Both the position numbers and the translations under genes were made by a program. The notes below the pieces were generated by a model, which was given only the letters and a program-made list of their open reading frames with translations, searched no databases and had not been told where the DNA came from. From an uncultured Erysipelotrichaceae bacterium (lineage in GTDB: Bacteria > Bacillota_I > Bacilli_A > RFN20 > CAG-826), in contig ONCO01000001.1 in the NCBI GenBank assembly GCA_900316365.1, forward strand, positions 71,380-135,379: 64,000 nt of DNA, read 5' to 3'. Positions 55,001 to 64,000 of the stretch are shown here, in pieces. How positions within the stretch are numbered: the first letter of the stretch is position 1; each line of letters starts with the position of its first letter.

Positions 55001-56140
55001 ATGTCAACCAAATTGGCGGCCATGATTCTTGCGGGTGGTAAGGGCACCCGTTTGAAGGCTTTAACCAGGAAGATTGCGAAACCAGCAGTATCATATGGCG
55101 GTAAATATCGCATCATCGATTTCCCTTTGAGCAACTGTGCCAATTCCGGCATCAATGACGTTGGCGTTTTGACTCAATATGAGTCGAGCGTTTTAAACGG
55201 CTATATCGGAAACGGCGAGAAGTGGGGCCTTAACGGCGTTCGTTCCCTCACTTCTGTCTTAACGCCGAAACAGACCGAAGAAGGATCAGCCTGGTACTTA
55301 GGTACCGCCGACGCGATTTATCAAAACCTCGACTGGCTCGATATGGTCGATCCGGAATATGTCTTGATTCTTTCTGGCGACCACATCTATTCCTGCACTT
55401 ATAACGATATGCTCAAGACGGCCGAAAAGAATAAGGCCGACTGCGTCATCGCCGTCTACGAAGTCCCAATGGAAGAAGCCTCCCGCTTCGGCATTTTGGT
55501 GACCGACGAGAAAGGCAACATCGTCAAGTTCCAAGAAAAACCAAAGAACCCAATCAGCAACCTTGCTTCCATGGGTATTTATATCTTCAAATACTCCACT
55601 CTCCGCGCTGCCTTAAAAGAAGATGCGAAGGATGAGAACAGCGAACATGACTTCGGCAAGAACGTCATCCCGAAGATGCTTAAAGCCAAGAAGAAAATGG
55701 TCGCTTATAAGTACAAAGGCTACTGGAGGGACGTCGGCACCGTCGATTCGCTCCATGCGGCTAATATGGACTTGCTCCTTAAGAAGAACGACGCGACCAA
55801 CATCTACACCGTCCAGGGCGCGAATAAGATCTATTCCGCCGATACCCATAGCGGCCCTCAATATATCGGCAAGAAGGCCAAGGTCAAAGACTGCTTGATC
55901 AACCAGGGCGCGATGATCCTCGGCGAGGTTGACCACTGCGTTATCTCCAGTGAAGTCGTGGTGGAAGAAGGGGCCGTTTGCAAGAACGCGGTCCTCATGC
56001 ACGGCGTCCATATCGGCAAGAACGCCAAAGTCTTCAATGCCCTCGTCGGCCCAGCTTCCAGAATCGAAGATGGCCAAGAGGTCAACGGCACCGAAGATGA
56101 TATCGCCCTTATTGCCAACGGCGACATGGAGGACTTATGA
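55001..56140 (+). CDS. glgC: Glucose-1-phosphate adenylyltransferase
   Basis: ILAGGKGTRLKALT, FPLSNC and GTADA motifs. Start chosen at ATG 55001. Confidence 0.95.
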   Translation: MSTKLAAMILAGGKGTRLKALTRKIAKPAVSYGGKYRIIDFPLSNCANSGINDVGVLTQYESSVLNGYIGNGEKWGLNGVRSLTSVLTPKQTEEGSAWYLGTADAIYQNLDWLDMVDPEYVLILSGDHIYSCTYNDMLKTAEKNKADCVIAVYEVPMEEASRFGILVTDEKGNIVKFQEKPKNPISNLASMGIYIFKYSTLRAALKEDAKDENSEHDFGKNVIPKMLKAKKKMVAYKYKGYWRDVGTVDSLHAANMDLLLKKNDATNIYTVQGANKIYSADTHSGPQYIGKKAKVKDCLINQGAMILGEVDHCVISSEVVVEEGAVCKNAVLMHGVHIGKNAKVFNALVGPASRIEDGQEVNGTEDDIALIANGDMEDL

Positions 56141-57264
56141 AAAACAACGACGTTATCGGTTTATTAAACTTCTATACCGCTCCATCCCTTGGGGAGATCA
56201 CCGAAAACCGCCCATTAGGCAGCACCAGCTTCCTCGGACGTTATGCTTTCTGCGATTTCGCCCTTAGCAATTTCTGCAACTCCGGCATTTCCGACATTGG
56301 CCTCATGATCAAAGATCATCAGAGGTCCGTCTTAAAGCATTTAGGCTCCATGTCCGCCTGGGTTACCAACACCAAGGTCGGCAGAATGAACATCATGGTC
56401 AACGAGAAGGGCGTCCTTAACCCTCTCTCCAACACCGACGTCGCCAACATCCGCGAGAATGACTGGCAACTTTATGATTCCAAGGCCAAATACCTCGTCT
56501 TCCAAAGCACCCATATCATTGCCAACGTCGATTTGGGCCCAATCCTTCAGGAACACATCGACCGCGGCGAGAAGATCACCATCGTCTACACCAAGATCAA
56601 AGACGCTTCGAAGGAGTTCTTCTCCTCGAACCTTTTGAGAGTGGATGAAGAGGGTTATCTCACCAGCCTTAAGAAGAATGACCGTCAGCAGGAAGAGGCT
56701 CTAGCCTCCATGGAAATCTGGATCATCAACCGCGAGGTTCTCGTCGATATCATCCGCAAGAACGCCGTCTGGAATGAGAGGGCGGATATGAAGGCGATGA
56801 TCGCCGATGTCCTTTATGCTGGCAACATCAAGATCCACACCCATGAATGGAAGGGCAAATACGTCCGTTGCTTCGATTGCTTCGACCATTATGTCGAATA
56901 CTGCAATGAGCTTCTCGATCCGAAAGTCTATTGCTCCCTTTTCGACCAGCCTTCCCAGCATTACACCCTGACCCAGGATACCCCGCCAGCAATCTATGGC
57001 GAGGACGCCGACGTCAGGAATTCCTTCATCGCCAACGGCGCGATCATCGAAGGCAAAGTCGATGGTTCCATCTTGTCCCGTAAGGTCAAGATCGGCGAAG
57101 GCAGCGTCATCAAGAACTGCATCATCTTCTCCAGCGTCAAAATCGGGAAGAACTGCCACATCGAGAACGCCGTCATCGATAAATATTCCATCGTCACCGA
57201 TGGCAAGACCTTCTCCGGCGATCCAATGAAGTACCTATTCTTGAAACAAGGAACAGTTATATGA
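56137..57264 (+). CDS. glgD: Glucose-1-phosphate adenylyltransferase regulatory subunit GlgD
   Basis: GlgC paralogue without the GGxGxR motif, immediately downstream of glgC with an ATGA overlap, as in Bacillota. Confidence 0.85.
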   Translation: MKNNDVIGLLNFYTAPSLGEITENRPLGSTSFLGRYAFCDFALSNFCNSGISDIGLMIKDHQRSVLKHLGSMSAWVTNTKVGRMNIMVNEKGVLNPLSNTDVANIRENDWQLYDSKAKYLVFQSTHIIANVDLGPILQEHIDRGEKITIVYTKIKDASKEFFSSNLLRVDEEGYLTSLKKNDRQQEEALASMEIWIINREVLVDIIRKNAVWNERADMKAMIADVLYAGNIKIHTHEWKGKYVRCFDCFDHYVEYCNELLDPKVYCSLFDQPSQHYTLTQDTPPAIYGEDADVRNSFIANGAIIEGKVDGSILSRKVKIGEGSVIKNCIIFSSVKIGKNCHIENAVIDKYSIVTDGKTFSGDPMKYLFLKQGTVI

Positions 57265-58694
57265 AAATTGCAATGGTGGCCTCTGAGAGCAACCCTCTCG
57301 TCAAAAGCGGCGGATTAGCCGACGTCATCTATTCGCTTTCCCGCGAACTCGTGGGCATGGGTCATGAAGTCATGATCCTCATCCCATATTACAAGGGAAT
57401 CGATGCGCGTTTACTCAAGAAGCCGGAATACCGCGGCAACTATGTCTTCAATATGTCTTGGAGAGATTGCTGCGCGGAGGTCTTTGAAACCAACATCGAC
57501 GGCATTCGTTTCGTCCTCGTCAAAAACGACCGTTATTTCGGTAGGGATAACCTTTATGGTTATTTCGATGACGGCGAGCGTTTCGCCTTCTTTGATATGG
57601 CCGTCAGGGGCATCCTTCCGATGCTAGATTTCAAGCCAGATATCATCCATACCCATGACTGGCAGGCCGCGATGATGCCGGTCCTCATTAAGACCGAGAA
57701 TAAGAACGACCCGTTCTACGCCAAAACGAAATATGTTTTGACCATCCACAATCCGGCCTTCAAGGGCATGCTTGATCCGGCGGCTCTCGATAACCTCTAT
57801 AACCTTCCATACCTCCTTTACAAGGACGGCTCGACCGAATTTGAAGGCAGAGTCTCGACCCTTAAAGCCGGTATCGTCTATAGCGATAAGATCACCACGG
57901 TCTCGCCGACTCACCGCGACGAACTCCTCACCGAAGAGGGCAGTTTCGGTCTTTCCGGCGTCCTTAAATCCCGCGAATATGATTTCTGCGGTTTCGTTAA
58001 TGGCATCGACGTTGCCGAATTCAATCCGGCCAACGATAAGTTGATCGCCAAGGAATTCAGCGCGAAGAACACCGTGAGCGGCAAGAAAGAGAACCGCGCC
58101 GCTCTTCTTAAAGCCTCCTTCCTCGAGGATAGCGGTGGACCGCTTTTCGGTCTCGTCTCCCGTCTAACTTTCCAAAAAGGAATCGACCTTGTATATGAAA
58201 TTATGCCTAAACTCCTCCAGCAGGGCGCGATGCTTGCCGTTCTCGGCAGTGGGGAATATGGCTTAGAGCAGGCCTTCGAAGACTTAAGAAGACGCTATCC
58301 TCGTCAGGTTTCCGTCTATATCGGCTATAGCAACAAGAGGGCGCATGAGATCTATGCCGCGAGCGACTATTTCCTTATGCCATCTAGCTTCGAACCATGC
58401 GGCATCGGGCAGCTTATCGCCCAACGTTATGGCACGATCCCGGTAGTCAGAAAGACTGGCGGTTTGGCCGATACCATCCTTCCGTATAACCGCAAGAACG
58501 CGGATGTCGCGACCGGCATCAGCTTCGATGATTACGATTATGGTGGAATCGATTACGCGACGAACCTCGCGATGGAGCTCTACAAAGACCAGAAGAACTT
58601 CAAAGCCGTCCGCAAGAACTGCTTAGTCAAAGACAATTCCTGGAAGAAGAGCGCTGAACTTTATCTTGGGGTCTACAAAGAGTTGGTCGGCTGA
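57261..58694 (+). CDS. glgA: Glycogen synthase (ADP-glucose type)
   Basis: KSGGLADV motif, and PSSFEPCG in the C-terminal half. Confidence 0.95.
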   Translation: MKIAMVASESNPLVKSGGLADVIYSLSRELVGMGHEVMILIPYYKGIDARLLKKPEYRGNYVFNMSWRDCCAEVFETNIDGIRFVLVKNDRYFGRDNLYGYFDDGERFAFFDMAVRGILPMLDFKPDIIHTHDWQAAMMPVLIKTENKNDPFYAKTKYVLTIHNPAFKGMLDPAALDNLYNLPYLLYKDGSTEFEGRVSTLKAGIVYSDKITTVSPTHRDELLTEEGSFGLSGVLKSREYDFCGFVNGIDVAEFNPANDKLIAKEFSAKNTVSGKKENRAALLKASFLEDSGGPLFGLVSRLTFQKGIDLVYEIMPKLLQQGAMLAVLGSGEYGLEQAFEDLRRRYPRQVSVYIGYSNKRAHEIYAASDYFLMPSSFEPCGIGQLIAQRYGTIPVVRKTGGLADTILPYNRKNADVATGISFDDYDYGGIDYATNLAMELYKDQKNFKAVRKNCLVKDNSWKKSAELYLGVYKELVG

Positions 58695-58843
58695 GTTGCT
58701 AAGAGTTTTTGTTTCCCATACGCCAGACAACTGATCGGCTTATCGAAAATATGTGCCGGTTCTATTTAATGTCCATTAGGCATAACATATATAGTTAAAG
58801 GGAAACAGGATACATATTGGTTTTTCCTAAACGAAAGAAGGCC

Positions 58844-59320
58844 ATGAAAAGAATACTAGTCGCTACTATTTTGGCAATTTTATTATCGTCGTGCGTTCGC
58901 CAAGTCTCGACGCAAAAGAGATTGAACGAGACTTACGACGGTGAACTTTTCGACGAATCTTGGACTAAGTCCTACCAATCTGGCGATTTTTACTCTGACA
59001 TCTATGCCTATTATGTTTTTGAAATCCAAGACGCATCGTCTCCGAAAGAAAAGATGACTTCCGATGTCGATGAGCATTTCGTTGAACGTTTCACTGAATA
59101 CGTCTCGATAATAGATGAGAAAAACCCGATTGCCGATGAGTATTCTTTCGCTTTTGACGCCCCTTATTCGTGGGCTTGGTATTATAGAGATTCCAATATT
59201 TTCTCATACAATGAGAAAAGGGAATATGGGCATCTTTTGCTCCACGACAACGGTGAATTGCTTTTGCTTTTGCCGGACAAATCTAGCCTATTGTATGTGA
59301 TTGAGAAAGATTTTCATTAA
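58844..59320 (+). CDS. Small lipoprotein, function unknown
   Basis: MKRILVATILAILLSSC lipobox. Start chosen at ATG 58844. Confidence 0.7.
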   Translation: MKRILVATILAILLSSCVRQVSTQKRLNETYDGELFDESWTKSYQSGDFYSDIYAYYVFEIQDASSPKEKMTSDVDEHFVERFTEYVSIIDEKNPIADEYSFAFDAPYSWAWYYRDSNIFSYNEKREYGHLLLHDNGELLLLLPDKSSLLYVIEKDFH

Positions 59321-59561
59321 CGCAAGCCTTGGGTTTCTTTTTAGCAATTTCTATTGCCTTATAATCCCGTGCCCCCGAACGAACAATGATTGGCGTTTTG
59401 CCGAACAAACGGGAGACCATCTTCCAGAACAAGGTAGTCACAATTCTTTCCTGGCTTCAATTGCGTCAAGGAAACGTCGTTAATCAAATTAACGTGTTTT
59501 AGCGATCCATCTCTGTCTTCAACGCCGTCGTTTGAAGGACGGTTACCGATACTTTCTGCGC

Positions 59562-59597
59562 CAAGCGTCTCTAAATGGGGAGGCGTTTGCTCTTTTT
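59562..59597 (+). terminator. Rho-independent terminator closing the 59321-59600 non-coding region
   Basis: CAAGCGTCTC-TAAATGGG-GAGGCGTTTG (10 bp including 2 G-U pairs), followed by CTCTTTTT. Confidence 0.65.
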
Positions 59598-59599
59598 GA

Positions 59600-59627
59600 T
59601 TGTTTCCTTAAGGAAAACTCATATAAT
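59600..59627 (+). promoter_or_regulatory. leuS promoter: TTGTTT-N16-TATAAT, with the -10 box 8 nt from the ATG
   Basis: There is no SD between the TATAAT (59622-59627) and ATG 59636. Confidence 0.5.
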
Positions 59628-59635
59628 TTCCCCGT

Positions 59636-62041
59636 ATGAGTTACGATTTTTTAAACATTGAGAAGAAGTGGCGCAAAATCTGGGCCGATAAGAATGCCTA
59701 TTATTGCGACACTCACGATTTCTCCAAACCAAAATTCTACGCGCTGGATATGTTCCCTTATCCATCCGGCCAGGGTCTTCATGTCGGACACCCTGAGGGA
59801 TATACGGCCACCGACATCGTATGCCGTATGAAGAGAATGCAAGGCTATAACGTCCTTCACCCAATGGGCTGGGATGCCTTCGGTCTTCCGGCTGAGCAAT
59901 TCGCGATCAAGAACAACCAACATCCTGAAATCTTCACCAGAAAGAACATCGCGAACTTCAAGAATCAGATTCAATCCCTTGGCTTCTCCTACGACTGGAG
60001 CAAAGAGATTGCCACCATCGATTCCGATTACTATAAGTGGACCCAGTGGATCTTCATCCAGATGTATAAGCACGACCTCGCTTATGTCTCGAACGTCCCA
60101 GTCAACTATTGCCCTGAACTCGGTACCGTTCTTGCTAATGAAGAAGTCATCGACGGCAAATCCGAACGCGGTGGCTTCCCAGTTATCCGCATGCCGATGA
60201 GGCAGTGGATCCTTAAGATCACCAAATACGCCGAAAGGCTCGAAGAGGACCTCGAATCCCTCGATTGGCCAAAGAGCACCCTTGAGATGCAGCGCAACTG
60301 GATCGGCAGAAGCGAAGGCGTCGAAATCCGTTTCGACATCAAAGGCAAAGACGAGCACTTCAACGTCTTCACCACCCGCGTCGATACCCTCTTCGGCTGC
60401 ACCTATTGCGTCATCGCCCCTGAGCATCCATTAGTCGCTAAGCTCTGCGCCCCAGAGCAGAAAGAAGCGGTGGACGAATATATCAAGAAAGCCGCCTCTA
60501 AGAGCGACCTTACCCGCACTTCCCTTGAAAAGGAGAAGACCGGCGTTTATCTCGGCATCACCGCCATCAACCCGATCAACGGCAAAGAGATTCCTGTTTA
60601 TGTTGGCGACTATGTCCTTGGCTCCTATGGTAGCGGCGCCGTCATGGCGGTTCCTGCCCACGACCAGAGAGACTACGACTTCGCCAAGAAGCATGGTCTC
60701 CCAATGATCCAGGTCCTCGAAGGCGATATCTCCGAGGCTGCGATGGTTGATGATGGCAAACACATGAATAGCGAATATGCCGATGGCTTATATATCGACG
60801 ATGCCAAAAAGGTCATCACCGAGAAACTCGTCGAGATCGGCAAAGGCAAACGCGTCATCAATTACAAACTCCGCGACTGGATTTTCTCCCGTCAGCGTTA
60901 TTGGGGTGAGCCAATCCCTATGGTTACCCTTGAAGACGGCACCGAGGTGCCGGTCCCAGAGGATCAGCTCCCATTAGTTCTTCCAGATATGGATAACTAC
61001 GCCCCGAGCAAAGATGGCAAGCCGCCTCTTTCCAAGGCCCCATCCGAATGGCTCGACGTCGAGATCAACGGCAAGAAGGGTACTCGTGAGACCAACACCA
61101 TGCCGCAGTGGGCCGGTTCTTGCTGGTATTACATCCGTTATATCGATCCAAAGAACCCGAACGCGATCGCCGAACCGGAATTAATCAAGCACTGGCTCCC
61201 AGTTGACTTATACATCGGTGGCGCGGAACACGCCGTCCTCCACTTGCTCTATGCGAGATTCTGGCACAAGTTCCTCTACGACATCGGCGTGGTCAACACC
61301 AAAGAACCGTTCCAGAAGCTCTATCACCAGGGCATGATCCTTGGCGAGAACGGCGAAAAGATGTCCAAATCCCGTGGCAACGTCGTCAATCCTGATGACA
61401 TCATCAACTCGCATGGCGCGGACGCCTTACGTCTCTTCGAGATGTTCGCCGGCCCGTTAAATGAGGTTAAGCCATGGTCGCCGACCGGCTTAGACGGCGC
61501 GAAGAGATTCATCGAGAGAAGCTTCCGCTTAGTCGATGAGGAAACTTTCGTCTCCCGCATCTCCGATGAGAATAGCGGCGAGCTTGATTTCTCCTATAAC
61601 GCGATGGTCAAGAAGTGCACCGAGGACTATGAATCCTTGGCCTTCAATACCGCCATCAGTGCCATGATGGTCTTCGTCAATGACGTCTACAAAGCCAAGT
61701 CCATCTATCGTCCTTATATTGAGGGCTTCACCAAGATTCTCTCCTGCGTCTGCCCATTCGTCGGCGAAGAAATGTGGGAGAAGCTCGGTCATAAAGACCT
61801 CATCACCTATGAGCAGTGGCCAACCTTCGATGAGAAGAAGTTGGTTCTCGATACCGTTAACATGGTCTTCGCGGTCAACGGCAAAATGAGAGATGTCGTC
61901 GAAGTCGATAAGAACCTCGATGACGAAACTCTCAAGTCCATGGCCTTAAGCAATGAGAAGGTTAAGAACTTCATCGCCGATAAGACCGTCCGCAAGGTCA
62001 TCGTCGTCAAAGGAAAAATCGTCAACGTCGTCGTTGGATAA
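59636..62041 (+). CDS. leuS: Leucyl-tRNA synthetase
   Basis: HVGHPEGY (HIGH), KMSKS and the CP1 editing domain. 801 aa. Confidence 0.97.
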   Translation: MSYDFLNIEKKWRKIWADKNAYYCDTHDFSKPKFYALDMFPYPSGQGLHVGHPEGYTATDIVCRMKRMQGYNVLHPMGWDAFGLPAEQFAIKNNQHPEIFTRKNIANFKNQIQSLGFSYDWSKEIATIDSDYYKWTQWIFIQMYKHDLAYVSNVPVNYCPELGTVLANEEVIDGKSERGGFPVIRMPMRQWILKITKYAERLEEDLESLDWPKSTLEMQRNWIGRSEGVEIRFDIKGKDEHFNVFTTRVDTLFGCTYCVIAPEHPLVAKLCAPEQKEAVDEYIKKAASKSDLTRTSLEKEKTGVYLGITAINPINGKEIPVYVGDYVLGSYGSGAVMAVPAHDQRDYDFAKKHGLPMIQVLEGDISEAAMVDDGKHMNSEYADGLYIDDAKKVITEKLVEIGKGKRVINYKLRDWIFSRQRYWGEPIPMVTLEDGTEVPVPEDQLPLVLPDMDNYAPSKDGKPPLSKAPSEWLDVEINGKKGTRETNTMPQWAGSCWYYIRYIDPKNPNAIAEPELIKHWLPVDLYIGGAEHAVLHLLYARFWHKFLYDIGVVNTKEPFQKLYHQGMILGENGEKMSKSRGNVVNPDDIINSHGADALRLFEMFAGPLNEVKPWSPTGLDGAKRFIERSFRLVDEETFVSRISDENSGELDFSYNAMVKKCTEDYESLAFNTAISAMMVFVNDVYKAKSIYRPYIEGFTKILSCVCPFVGEEMWEKLGHKDLITYEQWPTFDEKKLVLDTVNMVFAVNGKMRDVVEVDKNLDDETLKSMALSNEKVKNFIADKTVRKVIVVKGKIVNVVVG

Positions 62042-62053
62042 GGAGGTCGAGCA

Positions 62054-62815
62054 ATGCTGATTGCCATAGACATCGGAAATAGCGTCACCGACATCGGCGT
62101 CTTCGTGGGCAGAGAGCTCACTAGGCGCGTCAAGACCGAAAGCGACATCAATAAAGGCGTCGCGGAGATTCGGCATTTCCTTAAGGTTATGCTTGAGGAA
62201 TACCAATTGAGCAGGGATGCGATAGAGAATGCGATTATCTCAAGCGTCGTACCGCTTCTTACCCCGGTTTGGGAGAAAGCGGTCTATGAGGAGCTTGAGG
62301 TGCGCCCAACCTTCGTCTCTACTGCCGAGAAGGCCGCCTTACCGATATCTAGCGAGATCGATGCCTCTGACTTAGGGGCGGACATCATTGCCGCGAGCGT
62401 CGCCGCCTTAAGCAAATACGGCATCTGTACCGTGGTGGCCGACCTAGGCACCGCGAACAAGCTCATCTACCTCAACGAGAAAGGCGAGTTTGCCGGTTTA
62501 TCTATCGCCCCGGGATTAAGGATTGCCGCGAAGAGCTTACGTAACGGCACTTCCGCGCTTCCGGAGATTCCGCTTGAAAAGGTGGATAAGGCGATTGGCA
62601 AAAACACCAAGGATTGCATCCTTTCTGGCGTCGTCTATGGCGCGGCCACCTCGATTAAGGGTTTGGCCTTAGCCTTCGAAAAAGAGGCTGGATTCCCTCT
62701 TAAATGGATCCTCACCGGCGGGAACGCGCAATATGTCGCGGACCTCCTCCCGGAATTCAAGCTCGATGAGTCCTTGGTCCTCGATGGACTTAGCCTCATC
62801 GCTTCTAAAAACTAG
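62054..62815 (+). CDS. coaX: Type III pantothenate kinase
   Basis: IAIDIGNS and ADLGTA motifs. 253 aa. Confidence 0.9.
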   Translation: MLIAIDIGNSVTDIGVFVGRELTRRVKTESDINKGVAEIRHFLKVMLEEYQLSRDAIENAIISSVVPLLTPVWEKAVYEELEVRPTFVSTAEKAALPISSEIDASDLGADIIAASVAALSKYGICTVVADLGTANKLIYLNEKGEFAGLSIAPGLRIAAKSLRNGTSALPEIPLEKVDKAIGKNTKDCILSGVVYGAATSIKGLALAFEKEAGFPLKWILTGGNAQYVADLLPEFKLDESLVLDGLSLIASKN

Positions 62816-62833
62816 TAGAAAGTCGTTTATCTT

Positions 62834-63559
62834 ATGTCTGGAAACATCTTCACCATCATCTTCTTCGTCCTGCTTGCTGGTTTGCTCTTCGCAACCGCCA
62901 TCCTCTACGCGCAGAATAACCCAACCACGGTCGAGGAGAATCGCCATAACCGCATCTTGGCTCTCACCAATGATGCCATCTTCCTCGCCATCATCGTCTT
63001 GATGACCTTCGTTCCGAATATCGGTTATCTTTCCGTCTTCGGCGGCGTCATCACCTTCACCCTTCTCCATCTCCCGGTCATCCTCGGAGCCAGCCTTTCT
63101 GGCTGGAAGAGGGGCGCTTTGTATGGCCTTGCCTTTGGCGTCTTCAACTGGATCCGCGCTTTAACGGCGGCCACCAGCGCCTTCGACATGCTCTTCATGA
63201 ATCCGCTCATCAGCATCTTGCCGCGTTTCCTCTTTGGTCTTATCGCCGGCTTGCTTTTTGAGATTCTTAGGAAAGTTAAGAGCAAAGGCGCGAAAACCAC
63301 CTTACTCGTCGTTTTCAGCGCTTTAGCTACCGTCATCCATACCTTCCTCGTCTTCGGCTCCATCTACGTCTTTACCATGGGCGAGACCGCTTGGTTATGG
63401 AATTGGTTATTCAGCGGCTCCACGAGTGCGCTTGGCATGACCGCTCTTCTTCTCACCAGCCTTGGCGCCGGTGGCGAAGCGCTCCTTGCCGCCATCTTCG
63501 TCCCAGCCCTTAACACCGCTTTAAGAAAGGCCCTCCCAAAATCCTGGCCTCAGTTATAA
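62834..63559 (+). CDS. ECF-transporter S-component-like membrane protein (PanT candidate, by adjacency to coaX)
   Basis: About 6 TM helices with the pattern TLLHLPVILGA...G..YG typical of S components. The functional guess rests on context only. Confidence 0.5.
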   Translation: MSGNIFTIIFFVLLAGLLFATAILYAQNNPTTVEENRHNRILALTNDAIFLAIIVLMTFVPNIGYLSVFGGVITFTLLHLPVILGASLSGWKRGALYGLAFGVFNWIRALTAATSAFDMLFMNPLISILPRFLFGLIAGLLFEILRKVKSKGAKTTLLVVFSALATVIHTFLVFGSIYVFTMGETAWLWNWLFSGSTSALGMTALLLTSLGAGGEALLAAIFVPALNTALRKALPKSWPQL

Positions 63560-63578
63560 AGAAGAAAGGAGAATTCAT

Positions 63579-64000
63579 ATGGCTAACTTTAAGAAATTGG
63601 CGAAACAATATGAGGAGAACGCCATCCTCGCTTTACAGGAATTCGTAGCCAAGAATTCCGTCTATGATGAAAAGAGCATCACTCCTGATGCCCCATATGG
63701 TAAAGGCGTCAAAAGCGCCCTTGATTACATTGCCAAACTCGGCAACGATTTCGGCTTCAAAGTCGATAAATGCGATGGCCACGCCACCGAACTCACCTAT
63801 GGTGAGGGCAATGGTCCATTAATCGGCATCTATGCCCATAGCGATGTCGTCCCAGCGACTGGCAAATGGACTTATCCTCCATTCTCCGCGAAGATCGTCG
63901 GCGAAGGCAAAGAGGCCAAGATGTATGGCCGTGGCACTTCCGACGACAAAGGACCTCTTATCGCCGCCCTTTATGCCTGCAAATTGCTTAAGGACAACGG
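63579..64000 (+). CDS. pepV: M20-family dipeptidase (PepV/Sapep-like), 3'-truncated by the window edge
   Basis: RBS is AAAGGAG. YAHSDVVPA...W..PPF...GRGTSDDKGP motifs. The ORF is still open at nt 64000. Confidence 0.85.
   Translation, partial: MANFKKLAKQYEENAILALQEFVAKNSVYDEKSITPDAPYGKGVKSALDYIAKLGNDFGFKVDKCDGHATELTYGEGNGPLIGIYAHSDVVPATGKWTYPPFSAKIVGEGKEAKMYGRGTSDDKGPLIAALYACKLLKDN

Noticed and set aside
59372-59597. 6S RNA (ssrS) as the identity of the orphan structured region.
   Set aside because: The 5' and 3' ends show no extended complementarity (only a 6-bp TTGGCG/CGCCAA match), and there is no central-bubble architecture.
59340-59635. T-box riboswitch upstream of leuS.
   Set aside because: A terminator and hairpins are present. 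However, I found no T-box consensus (the sequence reads GGACGGTTACCG rather than GGGTGGTACCGCG, so there is no UGGN bulge). I also found no AGAGA/GNUGGNA stem-I elements and no clear Leu specifier. In addition, leuS has its own TTGTTT-N16-TATAAT promoter downstream of the terminator and no SD.

Overview
The window is a gene-dense chromosomal segment on the standard genetic code: TGA is used as a stop and TGG encodes Trp. It most likely comes from an anaerobic, low-cell-wall-signal Bacillota/Mycoplasmatota-like bacterium. That placement is an inference from four things: a PASTA-less Ser/Thr kinase, many lipobox lipoproteins, rubredoxin/nitroreductase/thioredoxin genes, and no LPXTG or wall-synthesis genes here. 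Most of the content is core housekeeping:
- a complete F1Fo ATP synthase operon (atpI-like, atpBEFHAGDC)
- addB/addA
- the gmk-priA-rsmB-like-rlmN-prpC-prkC-rpe block
- glgCDA, leuS, coaX, rpmB, hslO, rdgB, ruvX, trxA, pepP, yigZ
- tRNA-Gly(UCC) and tRNA-Asp(GUC)

I saw no CRISPR array, IS element, prophage or recognisable defence island.

Accessory or unexplained content:
- a 1151-aa lipoprotein with a membrane-anchored partner and a divergent lipoprotein (4098-9887)
- a Gly-rich GGxGGxGG protein cut by the left edge
- a Zn-ribbon membrane protein, LytS-type kinase and REC-wHTH regulator cluster, followed by a switch-like structured leader and a 51-aa RHH-like ORF
- an ATP-grasp gene translationally coupled to atpC
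- an RsmB homologue that has lost all its catalytic motifs
- a DUF1904-like protein with a natural His7 tail
- a 52-aa rubredoxin that the ORF track missed
- a recurrent TATAAT-N6-ATG (leaderless) start architecture

The track's long antisense ORFs and several N-terminal extensions look like codon-bias artefacts. All functional calls rest on motif recognition by eye; no database search was run.
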